A DNA stretch of 64,000 bases from a bacterium (GTDB lineage Bacteria > UBA8248). A model generated the notes under the pieces. That model saw only the letters and a program-made list of their open reading frames with translations, was not told where the DNA came from and made no database searches. The position numbers and the translations under genes were made by a program. Location: assembly GCA_965203325.1 (NCBI GenBank), contig OZ241875.1, forward strand, positions 4,128,001-4,192,000. Reading direction: 5' to 3'. Below, piece after piece: positions 10,121 to 22,722 of the stretch; the stretch's first letter is position 1, and every line of letters starts with the position of its first letter.

Positions 10121-11920
10121 CTAGCGGCGAACGATGAGTTTCTCTCCGGGGTAAATTTTGGCCGAGGCGCTCAGCCGATTCCACGTGAGGAGAGATTTTG
10201 TTGAAATTCCGTATCGTTTGGCGATGAGCCAGATGTTCTCTCCCGGGCCGACGAGATGGTGCAATGGTCTATCCGGATTTTTTTTCTCGCTTTTTTCGAC
10301 CTTCGTAAGGCGTTTTGGGGAGGGGAGGTGAATTTTCATGCCGATGCGCAGGCGCTTTGGACTGAGGCCGGTATTGATGCGCATGAGTTCCTGGGTGGAG
10401 ATGCCGTATTTCCGCGCGATCAACCAGAAATTTTCACCTCGTCGTACGACATGCAACTTCGGCGTGGGAGTGTTCCCATTTGCCGATGCGGCGTTTTGTA
10501 GAGGCGCCTTTATTTTTTTGGGTGATTGGGGAAGGAGAATTTTGGCGCCCACTTGAAGTTTTCTGGGATGGAGATGGGTGTTCATCTCGAGCAGCCTGTT
10601 TAGCGGGACTCCGAGTCTTTGTGCGATGGCGCCGAAAGTATCGCCCGGCTGTATGCGGTAACCGTTCGGAGAAGCGAGATATTTCTCGGTCAGTTTCGCG
10701 AATTTTGTGGCAAATCCTTTCGCCTTTTCATCTGGCAGAAAAAGATGGTATCCATTGCCTGGGGGCGTGACGGAGGTTCTCAACTCCGCATTGATTTCCC
10801 TCAAAGTACGCAGCGAGACGTTCGAAATACGGGAAATCGCTCTCAAGCTGGTACCATGCGAAAGTTTGACGGTTTTGAAGGCCCAGGGGTTCTCATAATC
10901 AATGCCCACGAATCCGAAAACTTCCGGGTTTTTGGCTATTATCATCCCTGCCAGGTACTTGGCGACGTAGTTGCGGGTTTCGTTGGGCAAGTATCTCGTT
11001 CTGGCCAGTGACCAGTAGTCTTTTCGCTTCGACCTGCGAATGGCCCTGGCGATGCGGCGTTCCCCCGCGTTGTATGCGGCGAGCGCGAGATGCCAGTCGC
11101 CGAAGTCCCCATAAAGTTTCGAAAGGTATGCCGCGGCCGCTCGGGTGGACTTCATCGGGTGGCGGCGCTCATCCAGGTAATAATTGATTTTCAGGCCCAT
11201 CCGCCTCGCTGTGCCAGGCATGAACTGCCAGGGACCGACCGCACCGGCTCTGGAGCGCGCCTTCGGGCTGAATCCGCTCTCGATCAGAGAGAGATACGCC
11301 AAGTCCTGCGGCAGTTGGTGATCCTTGAGAATTTCTCGGAACAATTTGATATAGCGTCCCCCCCTGCCCAACCAGACGGAAAAACTGGCGCGTCCAGGAC
11401 CCGTGAAGTACGCAATCCACCTATCCACGATGGCGTTTCGGACGACGGGGACATCATACAAAAAAGCCTTGGGTTTCTTGGTTTCCGGCGTCAGGGGAGA
11501 CTTGAGGAATTCTTCGGTTTCAGGTACCGGCAGGCTGATGTCATGAGGAGAAGGTTCAGAGTCCTTGACCGTCTTTTCATCTCTTGATTCTTCAGTATCC
11601 GGTTGCTTGGCGACTTTATCGGCTTCGTTGTCTTTCGGTTGTATGGACGCCAGGACCTTTGGCGACTCTTTCTGAGCGGCTTCGGGTTGCTCGGGCGCGA
11701 TGCGTTTTGGAGAGAGGAAAGCCGTTTCTCGAGATGGGACAGAGATCCTTTCCGCGATGGAAACGGTGCCGGTCAATTTTTTCGAAGTATCAACGCTCGC
11801 CTGGATGGAGCCATCGCCCGGCAATTTCTTCGGCTGAATTTCATTCTGAGCGACGGGCGCTGTGCTGCAGCCTGCTGTGAAAACGCAGATCAGGAGAAAA
11901 CATCTTCGATTCATGGGCAA
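10121..11920 (-). CDS. mltD: Membrane-bound lytic transglycosylase D (SLT domain + 3 LysM)
   Basis: Lipobox-like TAGC, LIESGF, GPWQFM, AAYNAG, ETRNYV, three LysM repeats. Confidence 0.9.
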   Translation of the reverse strand: MPMNRRCFLLICVFTAGCSTAPVAQNEIQPKKLPGDGSIQASVDTSKKLTGTVSIAERISVPSRETAFLSPKRIAPEQPEAAQKESPKVLASIQPKDNEADKVAKQPDTEESRDEKTVKDSEPSPHDISLPVPETEEFLKSPLTPETKKPKAFLYDVPVVRNAIVDRWIAYFTGPGRASFSVWLGRGGRYIKLFREILKDHQLPQDLAYLSLIESGFSPKARSRAGAVGPWQFMPGTARRMGLKINYYLDERRHPMKSTRAAAAYLSKLYGDFGDWHLALAAYNAGERRIARAIRRSKRKDYWSLARTRYLPNETRNYVAKYLAGMIIAKNPEVFGFVGIDYENPWAFKTVKLSHGTSLRAISRISNVSLRTLREINAELRTSVTPPGNGYHLFLPDEKAKGFATKFAKLTEKYLASPNGYRIQPGDTFGAIAQRLGVPLNRLLEMNTHLHPRKLQVGAKILLPQSPKKIKAPLQNAASANGNTPTPKLHVVRRGENFWLIARKYGISTQELMRINTGLSPKRLRIGMKIHLPSPKRLTKVEKSEKKNPDRPLHHLVGPGENIWLIAKRYGISTKSLLTWNRLSASAKIYPGEKLIVRR

Positions 11921-12024
11921 GATACCTTCTCCCCGATTTTGGGTGTTCTCTCATGACGTTCAGGAGTGGCGGAGCTACCACCGCCAAATAGGATAACAAT
12001 CACCGATAAGCTTGGTCAAATTCA

Positions 12025-13473
12025 TTACGCGCGGTGCTCCGAGGTGCGCGAATCCAGGAAAAGAGAGAGCTGATAGTCGCTTTCCTCGACCGGGATCGGG
12101 TAATTTCCCGAAAAACAAGCCGTGCAAAACGTATCTTCATTCGGGTGAACGCAGCGAAGCAGGCCCTCCAGGGATAAATAACGGAGGCTATCCGCCCCCA
12201 GGAACTGCCGGATTTCCTCCACGCTGTTCGAAGACGCCTTCAGTTCCGCGAGGGTAGGCATGTCGATGCCGAAGAAACACGGATGGGTGATGGGGGGAGA
12301 ACTGATGCGCATGTGAACTTCTTTTGCGCCTGCTCGCCGAATGAGTTCGACGATTTTTTGGCTCGTCGTGCCCCTGACGAGGGAATCATCGACCACGACG
12401 ACCCGCTTGTCCGCCAGAAACTCTTTCATTGGGTTTAATTTGAGTTTGACGCCGAAATTTCGTATGGATTGTTCCGGCTCGATAAACGTACGGCCCACGT
12501 AGTGATTGCGAATCAGGCCCCATTCAAAAGGTAAGCCCGATGCGTCTGCGTATCCGAGCGCGGCGGATAGGCCCGAATCCGGAACGGGCGTGACGATATC
12601 CGCCTCCACATTGTCTTCCTCGGCGAGCCTAGCGCCTAGTTTTCGCCTGATGCCATAAGCGTTCTTCCCGAAAATGAAGCTGTCTGGACGGGCGAAATAG
12701 ATGAACTCGAAAATACATTGCCGATGTTCAACAGACGCAGAGTGAGAAATGCTCCTTAAGCCGTTTTCGTCGATAATGACCATCTCTCCGGGTTCAATTT
12801 CGCGGATATATTCGGCGTCAATCAAATCAAGTGCGCACGTTTCGCTCGCGAGAACCCAAGAATCGCCTCCGCTTTGTCCAGTGGGGAGTTTGCCCAATGC
12901 CAGAGGGCGGAAGCCAAGAGGGTCACGGACGCCAATCAACTTATCCTCGGTCATCATCGTGAGCGTATAGGCGCCCTCCAATCGTTGAAGGGCTTCGATG
13001 ATGGCTCCCTCGGTGGTTTTCTCCGCGGAGCGCGCGATGAGATGCAGGATGACCTCGCTGTCCGTCGTGCTGCGGAATATGGAGCCATGCGCTTCGAGTT
13101 CCTCGCGCAGGGCGCCACCGTTGACGAGGTTTCCGTTGTGGCCGAGGGCGAGTGTTCCTTTGGCGTAGTTCACCAGGAACGGTTGGGCGTTCTTGATGTC
13201 GGATTGCCCTGCGGTGGAATAGCGGTTGTGTCCGATGGCGATGCGACCTTGAAGCTTGGCGATGCGCTCTTCCGTGAAAACATCGGCCACGAGACCCATG
13301 CCGACTTCGCTGTGCACCTTCTCCCCGTTGGAGGCAACGATGCCCGCACTCTCCTGTCCTCTGTGTTGAAGTGCGTAGAGTCCCAGATAGGCCATATTGG
13401 CCGCCTCTGGGTGACCGTAGATCCCAAAAACCCCGCATTCTTCTTTCGGATGGTCATCTATCCAGACAGACAT
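12025..13473 (-). CDS. purF: Amidophosphoribosyltransferase
   Basis: Propeptide then [30 protein letters not shown]. Confidence 0.98.
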   Translation of the reverse strand: MSVWIDDHPKEECGVFGIYGHPEAANMAYLGLYALQHRGQESAGIVASNGEKVHSEVGMGLVADVFTEERIAKLQGRIAIGHNRYSTAGQSDIKNAQPFLVNYAKGTLALGHNGNLVNGGALREELEAHGSIFRSTTDSEVILHLIARSAEKTTEGAIIEALQRLEGAYTLTMMTEDKLIGVRDPLGFRPLALGKLPTGQSGGDSWVLASETCALDLIDAEYIREIEPGEMVIIDENGLRSISHSASVEHRQCIFEFIYFARPDSFIFGKNAYGIRRKLGARLAEEDNVEADIVTPVPDSGLSAALGYADASGLPFEWGLIRNHYVGRTFIEPEQSIRNFGVKLKLNPMKEFLADKRVVVVDDSLVRGTTSQKIVELIRRAGAKEVHMRISSPPITHPCFFGIDMPTLAELKASSNSVEEIRQFLGADSLRYLSLEGLLRCVHPNEDTFCTACFSGNYPIPVEESDYQLSLFLDSRTSEHRA

Positions 13474-13474
13474 C

Positions 13475-15712
13475 TCACAACACCTCGGAGAGGGCGTCCG
13501 ACCATGCCGCCACGATATTCGGCATAGCCAAATCTATCAAGGGAACATTATCGGGGGTTTTTACGACGAAAGCATCCTCCTGAACGCGGCCGATGCGCGT
13601 TAGTTCCGCACCACAGCTTTGTACGACCTCTTGCAATGTGTTCACCGACCGGGGAGATACGCTCACCAGAATACGCGATGCGGCTTCACCATATAACAAA
13701 CCGTCGACCCTGCCCTCCTGCTCGGGTAGCCACACTTCGACCCCAAGCCCGCTTTTCAGCGATGCGAGTGCAGATTCGGCCAAAGCGATTCCCAATCCGC
13801 CTTCGGAAAGGTCATGAGCGGAGCAGACGAGATCCATTTCGATGCTCCGCCTGCAAGCCGCCTGTACGGCTTTTTCCGCATCCAGCGATATCACCGGTGC
13901 GTCGCCTCCTTCCAGTCCCGTTTCCATCCACACGTACTCATGAGCACATGCTTGCGGCAATGGCGCTTCGTCTTTGGGATGAATCAGGGCGATGACGTCA
14001 CCCTGCGAGGCGAATCCATGGCCCGCTCTTTTGTGGGTGTCATCGAGCAGGCCCACCATACCGATTATCGGGGTGGGGTAGATATCCACCTGATGCGTTT
14101 CGTTGTAAAAGCTCACGTTCCCGCTCACCACGGGCAAGCCCAGAGAACGGCACGCTTGCGCCATACCCTCAATCGAGGAAGTAAATTGGGCCATAACGGC
14201 GGGACGCTCGGGATTGCCGAAGTTGAGGCAGTTGGTGATCGCAAGCGGTCTTGCTCCCACGCAACAGATGTTTCGCGCTGCTTCCGCCACGGCGAGCATC
14301 CCCCCCTTGTAGGGATCGAGCATACCGTATCGTGCGTTCCCATCCGTTGTGAGGGCCAGCGCCTTGTTGGTGCCTTTTAGACGGATGATGGCGGCGTCTC
14401 CGCCCGGAAGAGTCACCGTGTTCGTGCGAACTTTGTAGTCATATTGACGCCATATCGGTTTTTTGTTCCCGTGGTTGGGATGGGCCAGCATCTTGAGCAG
14501 AGTGGCTCCTAAATCTTCAGGCTCCGGCAGTTTGTATAGAGGATCGTCCAGCGGGAGCCCGCGCTCGGGTTCTCTTGGGCGGTCATAAGTCGGCGCATCA
14601 TCCGTCAAGGAAGATACGGGCAGTTCAGCGACTTCATCTCCTGAAAAACTGGCACGAAGCCTCCCGTCTCCGGTTACTTCTCCCACGATGGACATCGGCA
14701 GGTCCCACCGCTCGAATATCTCCCGCACCTCGGATTCTCTTCCTTTTTCCGCTACCAGCAACATCCTCTCCTGGCTTTCCGAGAGCATCATCTCGTAGGG
14801 CGTCATCCCCTCTTCCCGGCAGGGAACTGCGTCCAGGCGAAGCAGAAGGCCCGTGCCGGCGCGGCCCGCCATTTCGACGGAAGAGGAGGTGAGGCCGGCG
14901 GCACCCATATCTTGAATGCCGACGACGGCGCCGCGCTCCATCAGTTCCAGGCACGCCTCGAGCAAGAGTTTTTCCCGGAACGGATCCCCCACCTGAACGG
15001 TGGGTCTTTTTGCAAGGGCGGAATCATCAAACCCTGCCGACGCCATGGACGCGCCGTGAATGCCGTCTCGCCCGGTGGGCGCGCCGACATAAATGACCGG
15101 GTTTCCAATGCCCGAGGCCGTACCCCGGAATATAGCGTCTGAGCGCATAATGCCAGCGCACATGACGTTTACCAGAATGTTCCCGTTGTAGCAGGGATGG
15201 AATTTCGTTTCTCCGCCCACCGTGGGAACGCCGACGCAATTTCCATAGCCCGCGATGCCGCCTACGACGCCACCGACGAGATAGGGGGTGCGGGGATGTT
15301 CCGGCGCTCCGAAACGCAGGCTGTCGAGCAGCGCGATGGGCCGCGCGCCCATCGTGAAGATGTCTCTCAAAATGCCGCCCACACCGGTGGCCGCACCCTG
15401 GTAGGGCTCGATGAAAGAGGGATGGTTGTGGCTCTCCATCTTGAAGGCGACGGCCATGCCATCGCCCAAGTCGACGACGCCCGCGTTTTCTCCGGGCCCT
15501 TGCAGGACGTGGGGGCCTTGTGTGGGAAATTTTTTCAGGTGGATGCGGCTGCTCTTGTACGAGCAGTGTTCGTTCCACATAGCGGAGAATACACCGAGTT
15601 CCGTGATGTTGGGTTTTCGCCCCAGGGTTTCCTTTATTTTCTCCCATTCGGCTGAAGAAAGGCCGTGCTCGAGAGCCATCTCCCGTGTGGCGTGCGTGTC
15701 TGTTGCGATCAC
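13475..15712 (-). CDS. purL: Phosphoribosylformylglycinamidine synthase subunit PurL
   Basis: [34 protein letters not shown] start overlaps purQ stop (GTGA). Confidence 0.97.
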   Translation of the reverse strand: MIATDTHATREMALEHGLSSAEWEKIKETLGRKPNITELGVFSAMWNEHCSYKSSRIHLKKFPTQGPHVLQGPGENAGVVDLGDGMAVAFKMESHNHPSFIEPYQGAATGVGGILRDIFTMGARPIALLDSLRFGAPEHPRTPYLVGGVVGGIAGYGNCVGVPTVGGETKFHPCYNGNILVNVMCAGIMRSDAIFRGTASGIGNPVIYVGAPTGRDGIHGASMASAGFDDSALAKRPTVQVGDPFREKLLLEACLELMERGAVVGIQDMGAAGLTSSSVEMAGRAGTGLLLRLDAVPCREEGMTPYEMMLSESQERMLLVAEKGRESEVREIFERWDLPMSIVGEVTGDGRLRASFSGDEVAELPVSSLTDDAPTYDRPREPERGLPLDDPLYKLPEPEDLGATLLKMLAHPNHGNKKPIWRQYDYKVRTNTVTLPGGDAAIIRLKGTNKALALTTDGNARYGMLDPYKGGMLAVAEAARNICCVGARPLAITNCLNFGNPERPAVMAQFTSSIEGMAQACRSLGLPVVSGNVSFYNETHQVDIYPTPIIGMVGLLDDTHKRAGHGFASQGDVIALIHPKDEAPLPQACAHEYVWMETGLEGGDAPVISLDAEKAVQAACRRSIEMDLVCSAHDLSEGGLGIALAESALASLKSGLGVEVWLPEQEGRVDGLLYGEAASRILVSVSPRSVNTLQEVVQSCGAELTRIGRVQEDAFVVKTPDNVPLIDLAMPNIVAAWSDALSEVL

Positions 15713-16410
15713 GTTGAAGCCACCATCCGCAGCACGGACATAAACATCTGCAACCCGTCCTCGCCGCCCAGCAGGGGATCGCAACTTCGCTCGGGATGCG
15801 GCATGAGGCCCACCACGTTACCTTGCTGGTTGCATATGCCCGCGATGTTATCCATCGAACCGTTGGGATTCGCTTGCGCGTTCACGCCACCCTCCGCGTC
15901 GACGTAGCGGAAAACAATCTGATCGTTATCTTCGAGTGCGGCGAGCGTCTCGGGATCACAAAAGTAATTTCCCTCGCCGTGCGCGATGGTCATTTTGAGG
16001 ATTTCGTCCGGTTCGATGCCGCCGGTGAAGGGCGTTCTCGACGTTTCGCATTTGAGCCAGACTTCCTCACAAACGAAGCGAAGCGACTCGTTTCGCCTCA
16101 AGGCCCCGGGCAGGAGGCCCGATTCGGTCAGGCACTGGAAGCCGTTGCATATGCCGAGCAGGGGACGTCCCTCACGTGCATGCGTGGTAACGGCCTTCAT
16201 GATGGGCGAGAAGCGCGATATGGCGCCGGCTCTTAGGTAATCCCCGTAGCTGAAGCCTCCTGGAAGTATCACCACTTCCGCGTCTCCCAAAGAGGTCTCC
16301 TTGTGCCAGACGAATCTCACCGGCTGTTTTAGAACATCCTTGATGGCGTGGTAGCAGTCGTGATCGCAATTGGAGCCGGGGAAGACGATGACGGCGAATT
16401 GCATTCTCAT
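15709..16410 (-). CDS. purQ: PurQ glutaminase subunit
   Basis: [33 protein letters not shown]. Confidence 0.98.
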   Translation of the reverse strand: MRMQFAVIVFPGSNCDHDCYHAIKDVLKQPVRFVWHKETSLGDAEVVILPGGFSYGDYLRAGAISRFSPIMKAVTTHAREGRPLLGICNGFQCLTESGLLPGALRRNESLRFVCEEVWLKCETSRTPFTGGIEPDEILKMTIAHGEGNYFCDPETLAALEDNDQIVFRYVDAEGGVNAQANPNGSMDNIAGICNQQGNVVGLMPHPERSCDPLLGGEDGLQMFMSVLRMVAST

Positions 16411-16673
16411 CTCCCGCCGTTGGTGGATTCATCCGCCATTTCGATGCGGTAGTCTTCGATGACGGGGTTGGCGAGCAGGTCGCGGCACATTTTGTCCAGA
16501 TCGGCATGAACGTCTTCGGCGTCTTCGAGTTCTATCTCGATAAATTTCCCCACGCGCACGTCGTTCACGCCCTTGAATCCAAGGGAGGAGAGTGCTCCCC
16601 GGACGGCTTCCCCCTGGGGATCGAGCACGCCCGCTTTGAATGTCACGTAGACTTGGGCTTTCGGCATTGCCAC
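16407..16673 (-). CDS. purS: PurS subunit
   Basis: [21 protein letters not shown]. Confidence 0.97.
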   Translation of the reverse strand: MAMPKAQVYVTFKAGVLDPQGEAVRGALSSLGFKGVNDVRVGKFIEIELEDAEDVHADLDKMCRDLLANPVIEDYRIEMADESTNGGR

Positions 16674-16685
16674 CTCAAGGCGAAG

Positions 16686-17399
16686 TTAATCTATGACGAG
16701 TTTTTCGACTTCGGCGTATGCGTCTTCCACCTGTCCCAAATCCCTGCGGAAGCGATCTTTATCCAGTTTGCGACCCGTGCCCTTCTCCCAGAGACGGCAA
16801 CCATCCGGCGTGATTTCATCGCCCAGAAGCAGCTTGCCGCCCTCGGCCGCGCAGCGCCCGAACTCGAGTTTGAAATCCACGAGGTCGATGTTGCGCTCGG
16901 AGAAGAACGCGGTGAGGATATCGTTCACTTTGAAGGCGTATTCGCGCATCTGAGCGAGTTCTTCGCGCGTCGCCAGGTCGAAGGCCACGGCGGTGTCTTC
17001 GTTGATGAGCGGGTCGTCGAGTTCATCGTTTTTCAAATGCAGATCGACGATCGTGTTTGGAAGGCGCGCGCCTTCTTCCACGCCCATTCTCTTGGCCAGG
17101 CTTCCCGCGATGATGTTTCTCAGCACTACCTCGACCAGAATGATGTCGAGTTTTTTCACCAACATCTCCCGATCGGAGAGTTTTTCCACGAAATGTGTGG
17201 GCACGCCCTGACGCTCCACCTCCTGGAGCAGACGAGAGGAAATGGAGTTGTTGAAAACGCCTTTGGCTTCGATGGTGCCCAGTTTCTTGGCGTTAAAGGC
17301 GGAAGCATCGTCTTTAAAGAACTGGATATAGTAGTCGGGGTTGTCGGTCTCGTAGATGATCTTGGCCTTGCCTTCGTAAACCTGTCTGTCGCGTTCCAT
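16686..17399 (-). CDS. purC: SAICAR synthetase
   Basis: YEGKAK, FKDD, DFKLEFG, DEITPD, LDKDRFR. Confidence 0.97.
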   Translation of the reverse strand: MERDRQVYEGKAKIIYETDNPDYYIQFFKDDASAFNAKKLGTIEAKGVFNNSISSRLLQEVERQGVPTHFVEKLSDREMLVKKLDIILVEVVLRNIIAGSLAKRMGVEEGARLPNTIVDLHLKNDELDDPLINEDTAVAFDLATREELAQMREYAFKVNDILTAFFSERNIDLVDFKLEFGRCAAEGGKLLLGDEITPDGCRLWEKGTGRKLDKDRFRRDLGQVEDAYAEVEKLVID

Positions 17400-17552
17400 G
17401 AACAATTCTCCATGCGAGGATCGCTGAATTCGAACCTTCGTCTCAGGGGTTAATCCATCATTTTAACGGGTTAGAAAACGACCATGCCGGGCGTTCAGGA
17501 CTTGCCATCCTAACATAACCGAGCCGGTGTTTGTCACCCCGTATATTCAGTT

Positions 17553-18860
17553 TCATTCCTCGTCGGGACCGAAGACGCGCTCGAAAATCCGGTCCAGGTT
17601 TTTCAGATGTGCGTCCATATTGAAGCAATGAGCGAGTTCCTCTTCACCCAACACGCCGCCCACTTGTGGGTCCGCCGTCAGTTTCGCCTGGAAATCGCCT
17701 CCCTCGGCCCATATTTCCATGGCGGGAGCCTGAACCCGCGCGTACGCTTCTTCTCTCGTGATGCCCGTTTTGCGAATCAGGGCGAGCATGACGTGTTCAC
17801 TGAGGAGCAATCCCTTCGAGCGCGCGAGGTTTTCCAGCATCTTGTCGGGATAGATCACCCAGTTCTTCATCAAGTCGTTGAGTTTGGCCAGCATGTAATC
17901 CACGAGAATTGTGCTGTCCGGCAATATGACGCGTTCCACGGATGAGTGGGATATGTCGCGTTCATGCCAAAGAGGAACATTCTGCAGGGCCGCCGTGGCG
18001 TTCCCCTGCACCACGCGGGCAAGGCCGCACAACTGCTCCGAAACCACGGGGTTTCTCTTGTGGGGCATGGCGGAACTCCCTTTCTGGCCTTTGCTGAAGA
18101 ACTCTTCCGCTTCGCCCACTTCGTTCCTTTGCAGGTGGCGCACCTCCGTCGCCACGCGGGAGATACTCGCCGCCACGAGAGCGAGAGTCAGGTGAAACTC
18201 CGCATGGCGGTCGCGCTGGATGATTTGGCTGCTCACGCGGTCCACTTTGAGGCCCAGGCGCTCGCAAATGGCCTCTTCGGCATCCGGCGGGATGTGGGGA
18301 CACGCGCCTACGGCTCCTGATATCTGGCCGACGCGAACGGTTTCACGCGCGCTTTGCATTCGCTCATAAGCGCGCTCGAACTCGGTGTACCAAGTGGCTA
18401 TTTTGAGACCCAAGGTTGTGGGCTCGGCGTGCATCCCGTGGGTTCTGCCCGAAATGATGGTGCGCTTTTGCTCCAGAGCGCGTTCTTTCAGGGTCTTTTT
18501 CAGTTCCTGAATATCATCGAGGATGATGTCGGCCGCCGATATGAGCTGAAGCGCAAGACCGGTATCCAGGACGTCGCTGCTTGTCATGCCGAGGTGAATG
18601 TAGCGCGAGGATGGTCCTACATGCTCCGCCACGTTCGTGAGAAAGGCAATGACATCGTGCTTGGTTACGCGCTCAATTTCCTTGATTCGTTCCAGTTCGA
18701 AAGCCGCTTTTGATTTAATCTCATCCAGCGCCTCCGCCGGAATTTCGCCGCGCGTGCACATTTCCTCGCAAACGGCTATCTCCACGTCGAGCATGCGCTG
18801 CAGTTTTTCCCGTTCTTCCCATATTTTCGCCATTTCGGGGCGGGTGTATCGCGGAATCAA
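17553..18860 (-). CDS. purB: Adenylosuccinate lyase
   Basis: MIPRY, HLGMTSSD, GRTHG, GSSAMPHKRNP, HERDISHSSVER. Confidence 0.98.
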   Translation of the reverse strand: MIPRYTRPEMAKIWEEREKLQRMLDVEIAVCEEMCTRGEIPAEALDEIKSKAAFELERIKEIERVTKHDVIAFLTNVAEHVGPSSRYIHLGMTSSDVLDTGLALQLISAADIILDDIQELKKTLKERALEQKRTIISGRTHGMHAEPTTLGLKIATWYTEFERAYERMQSARETVRVGQISGAVGACPHIPPDAEEAICERLGLKVDRVSSQIIQRDRHAEFHLTLALVAASISRVATEVRHLQRNEVGEAEEFFSKGQKGSSAMPHKRNPVVSEQLCGLARVVQGNATAALQNVPLWHERDISHSSVERVILPDSTILVDYMLAKLNDLMKNWVIYPDKMLENLARSKGLLLSEHVMLALIRKTGITREEAYARVQAPAMEIWAEGGDFQAKLTADPQVGGVLGEEELAHCFNMDAHLKNLDRIFERVFGPDEE

Positions 18861-19651
18861 GGAAGACCCTCCGTTATTCCTCCGGCGCCCACGAGGGGAG
18901 TCGGCTCATCCTGAGAAGCGCTCAGGAGATTTTTCCGTTCGTGGCCGTTCAACGCTTTTCGGGCCGTTTCCAAGATAAGCTGGTTCTCGTTGTTCTCTTG
19001 GGAGATATGAGCGCAGATGAGCCACTCGAAGTCGGCCGTTACGATGTTCCTAAGCAGCTTGGCTGCGTCCTCGTTGCTGAGATGTCCGAGTTTGCCTCGA
19101 ATCCTTTGTTTGATCGGCCAAGGGTAGGGGCCGTTAATGAGCATTTCCACGTCATGATTGAATTCCAGGACGAGTCCCTGAAGCCCTTGGAGCCGCTGGC
19201 GCGCCAGATTCGTGACGAATCCCATGTCGGTGGCGAAACCGACGCGGTGCCCGTCTTCATCGTTGAATATCAACCCGAAGGGATCGGCCGCGTCATGGGG
19301 CGTGCTGAAAGGTTCGACCCGTACGCCGCCGATGTAAAAGGGGAGTCCCACTTCGATTTCCGTCCACGCAGGCGTCTCGCCTATCGTCTCCTGGCTCGCT
19401 GTGTAGGTAGCTTTGTTCGTCCAAAGGGGCAGATTCCACCTTCTCGCCAAAGTGCCGGCGCTTCTGATGTGATCGATATGTTCATGCGTGAGCACGACCG
19501 CCATCAGATCCTGTGGGTGGACGCCGTAGGTTTCCAGGCGCTTTGTGATTTGCCGTGCGCTGAGGCCCGAATCGACGAGAAACGCCGTACCGTTTGAGCG
19601 TACCAAAGCGGCGTTTCCCCGACTCCCGCTGCCTAGGATTCCAATTTCCAC
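18857..19651 (-). CDS. Metallo-beta-lactamase fold protein, YycJ/WalJ-like
   Basis: SGSRGN, THEHIDH, HD, TDMG, EFNHD, GHLSN, HIS motifs. Confidence 0.9.
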   Translation of the reverse strand: MEIGILGSGSRGNAALVRSNGTAFLVDSGLSARQITKRLETYGVHPQDLMAVVLTHEHIDHIRSAGTLARRWNLPLWTNKATYTASQETIGETPAWTEIEVGLPFYIGGVRVEPFSTPHDAADPFGLIFNDEDGHRVGFATDMGFVTNLARQRLQGLQGLVLEFNHDVEMLINGPYPWPIKQRIRGKLGHLSNEDAAKLLRNIVTADFEWLICAHISQENNENQLILETARKALNGHERKNLLSASQDEPTPLVGAGGITEGLP

Positions 19652-19677
19652 GTCTCTCGTCCCGTCGTTATTTCCAC

Positions 19678-20334
19678 TCAGCGATTAAAAGCGATTTTCC
19701 GCTTTTGCGAGTCCCTGGTGAAAACCTCATCAATGCGGTGGCAAATATAATGAAGGGCGGCTTCATGGGCTTCCTGTATAAAATCTGTGTCATTCGAGGG
19801 AACCTTCGCCGCATGTTTCGCGGCCTGATAGGCAGGGCCACCGCTCCCTCCGGTCATCGCGATACCAACTAATCCAAGGGCGTCGGCTCGTTCGAGGGCA
19901 GAGACGACATTGGCCGACTTGCCGCTCGTACTCAGACCCAGGGCGACGTCTCCCGCTCGCCCGTGCGCTTGGATTTGCCGCGCAAAAATTTCCTCGTACG
20001 CGTAGTCGTTCCCGATGGCGGTGAGGGCGCTCGTGTCGCCGCTGAGGCAGATAGCAGGCAGGGGAGCGCGCTCAGCCAGGAAGCGGCCTACGAGTTCGCC
20101 CGTGAAATGCATGGCGAGCGCGGTGCTCCCTCCGTTGCCGAAAGCGATGATTTTCCTTTCGGATATCAGGCATTCGACGATGACGCTGCATATGTCGTCT
20201 ACCTGCCGGGAGTAGTCGCTCACAGCAAGCGATTCATACTTCACGGCGCGTTCGGCCAGGAATTCCTTTGCCGATGATCCCAAAGGATGCCTCTGAGTAG
20301 TGGGGCGGTAGGGAAGGTGGAGCAGGGAATCCAC
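19678..20334 (-). CDS. gmhA: Phosphoheptose isomerase (SIS domain)
   Basis: GNGGS, TAIGNDY, STSGKSANV, IQEAH; start uncertain. Confidence 0.9.
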   Translation of the reverse strand: MDSLLHLPYRPTTQRHPLGSSAKEFLAERAVKYESLAVSDYSRQVDDICSVIVECLISERKIIAFGNGGSTALAMHFTGELVGRFLAERAPLPAICLSGDTSALTAIGNDYAYEEIFARQIQAHGRAGDVALGLSTSGKSANVVSALERADALGLVGIAMTGGSGGPAYQAAKHAAKVPSNDTDFIQEAHEAALHYICHRIDEVFTRDSQKRKIAFNR

Positions 20335-20372
20335 CCGGTGCTCTGCAATCTAGCCGATCCATGGACTGAATT

Positions 20373-21335
20373 TCAAGGGTTGATGCTCAATCGTTTCCTG
20401 AAGTCATCTATTGTGGCCAGGAGACCCTTTTCCAGAGAAATTTCCGGCTCCCAACCGAGATGTTTTTTTGCTTTCCCGATGTCGGGTTGGCGGATTTTTG
20501 GATCATCAACGGGCAGCGGCTCATGCTGTATTATCGAGTCTGCGCCTGTAAGCGCAATGATTTTCTCGGCCAAGGCGAGGATCGTCATCTCGAAAGGATT
20601 CCCGAGGTTGAGAGGTTCATGAATTTCGCTGTCCATCAGCTTGATAAGGCCGTCGATGAGATCGGTGATGAAACAAAAACTTCTCGTCTGTTTTCCATCG
20701 CCAAAAACGCTGATGGGCTCATTTCTGATAGCCTGTGAAATAAAAGCGGGTATCGCGCGACCGTCGGCGATTTGCATTCTCGGACCATAGGTATTGAAAA
20801 TGCGGGCGATGTGTACGTTCAGGCCATGCGTCCGATGGTAGGCCATCGTCATGGCTTCTGAGAATCTCTTGGCTTCGTCATACACGCCACGCGGCCCAAT
20901 GGGGTTGACGTGTCCCCAGTATGCTTCGTGTTGCGGATGAATCTGGGGGTCGCCGTAGACTTCCGAGGTGGAAGCCAGAAGAAAGCGCGCTTTTTTCTCC
21001 TTCGCAAGCCCGAGGGCGTTATGCGTGCCGAGGGAGCCGACCTTTAGCGTCTGGATGGGAAATTTCAAATAATCATTCGGGCTTGCAGGGCTTGCGAGAT
21101 GGAAAACGGCGTCCACGTTTCCCTCGACGTGAATGTGTTCGCTCACGTTGTGTTTGATGAGCGTAAAATTTGGATGTTCGTTTTCCAGGAAATGTTTGAT
21201 GTTGAGATGGTGCCCGGTAAGAAAATTATCGACGCATATGACATCGTTGCCCAGCGCGATGAGTTTGTCGCACAAATGGGAGCCGATGAAGCCCGCTCCG
21301 CCCGTTACCACAACGCAAGAGTTTTTCATTGTCAA
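20373..21335 (-). CDS. UDP-glucuronate decarboxylase (extended SDR)
   Basis: [39 protein letters not shown]. Confidence 0.92.
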   Translation of the reverse strand: MTMKNSCVVVTGGAGFIGSHLCDKLIALGNDVICVDNFLTGHHLNIKHFLENEHPNFTLIKHNVSEHIHVEGNVDAVFHLASPASPNDYLKFPIQTLKVGSLGTHNALGLAKEKKARFLLASTSEVYGDPQIHPQHEAYWGHVNPIGPRGVYDEAKRFSEAMTMAYHRTHGLNVHIARIFNTYGPRMQIADGRAIPAFISQAIRNEPISVFGDGKQTRSFCFITDLIDGLIKLMDSEIHEPLNLGNPFEMTILALAEKIIALTGADSIIQHEPLPVDDPKIRQPDIGKAKKHLGWEPEISLEKGLLATIDDFRKRLSINP

Positions 21336-22657
21336 GGTTTGGGCGACGTTTTCCCGATGCTGAAGTATTCGAAGCCAGCATCTCTTACTTGTTCAGAAGA
21401 GTAGATGTTGCGGCCATCAAATATAATCGGTTCCATCATCTCTGATTTCAGGCGGTTCAGATTTAACTGAATAAATTCGCGCCACTCGGTGACAATCGTA
21501 ATCCCGCTTGCGCCTTTCGCGGCCTCGTAGGGGCTTTTGCAATATTCGATATCCTCATCTCCAATGATTCGTCTGGCGTTTGCGGTGGCGATAGGGTCGT
21601 ATGCGCGCAGCCGGGCACCCGCCTCGCGTAGCGCGTGACATATCTCGATGCTTTTTGCTTCCCGCATGTCATCCGTGTCCGGCTTGAACGATAACCCCAA
21701 AACGCCGATTGTCTTTCCCTTGAGCGGCAGTTGTTTCTTCGTACCGAGTCTTTCGATGATTCTTTGTACGAAACGAGGCACCCGGCTGTCGTTTTCCACT
21801 TTCACGGCCTCTAAAATCGACATTTCAGCGCCAAGTCTTCTGGAGGCGTGTAACAGGGCATCCACATCTTTAGGGAAACAGGAACCACCATAGCCCAAGC
21901 CTGCCCCCAGGAAAGCGTGGCCGATGCGGGAATCCGCGCCAACCCCTTTGATGACTTCTCGAATATCTGCTTGCGTCTCTTCACAAAGGTTCGCCACTGC
22001 GTTGATGAATGTTATTTTCGTCGCCAAAAATGCGTTCGAGGCGTATTTAATCAACTCCGCACTTTGCGTGTCCGTGATGATGCAAGGAGCGTTCAGAGCC
22101 TGGCATAGAAGCTGAACGGTTTTTGCCGCTTTCTCAGATGATGAGCCGATGACGATGCGATCCGGCTGGAGCGTGTCTCGCACCGCCTGCCCTTCGCGCA
22201 AAAACTCTGGATTGCAGACCACGTCGAAATCTGTTGAAGCGACGCCGTTTCTTTCGATGAGCTCCTGAACGAAATCCCCCGTGCCGACGGGCACGGTGCT
22301 TTTGTTTACGATGACCTTGTAGCTATTCACCGCGCGAGCGATGCCTATTGCCGCCGCTTCCACATGTGAAAGGTCGGTTCCACCATTTTCGGCAGGCGGC
22401 GTGCCCACACAGATGAAAATAATCTCACTTTTCGAAACAGCCTCATGTATGGAGGTGGTGAATGTTAGCCTACCTTCTTGTCGGTTGCGCTCCAGGAGTT
22501 CGGGTAGCCTGGGTTCATGAATTGGGCAGCCTCCCGTATTCAGGGTATCTACACGGTTTTTGTCGATATCCACGCCGATGACTTCGTTGCCCAAATCGGC
22601 GAATACGGCCCCTGTGACCAATCCGACATATCCACAACCGATAACGCAAATGTTCAC
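21332..22657 (-). CDS. ugd: UDP-glucose 6-dehydrogenase
   Basis: [47 protein letters not shown]. Confidence 0.95.
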   Translation of the reverse strand: MNICVIGCGYVGLVTGAVFADLGNEVIGVDIDKNRVDTLNTGGCPIHEPRLPELLERNRQEGRLTFTTSIHEAVSKSEIIFICVGTPPAENGGTDLSHVEAAAIGIARAVNSYKVIVNKSTVPVGTGDFVQELIERNGVASTDFDVVCNPEFLREGQAVRDTLQPDRIVIGSSSEKAAKTVQLLCQALNAPCIITDTQSAELIKYASNAFLATKITFINAVANLCEETQADIREVIKGVGADSRIGHAFLGAGLGYGGSCFPKDVDALLHASRRLGAEMSILEAVKVENDSRVPRFVQRIIERLGTKKQLPLKGKTIGVLGLSFKPDTDDMREAKSIEICHALREAGARLRAYDPIATANARRIIGDEDIEYCKSPYEAAKGASGITIVTEWREFIQLNLNRLKSEMMEPIIFDGRNIYSSEQVRDAGFEYFSIGKTSPKP

Positions 22658-22722
22658 TAAATTGCCTCACTCTGCATCATTTGAGCAGGTTGAGCAAAAT
22701 TTCAGAAAAAAGCCGTGCATTA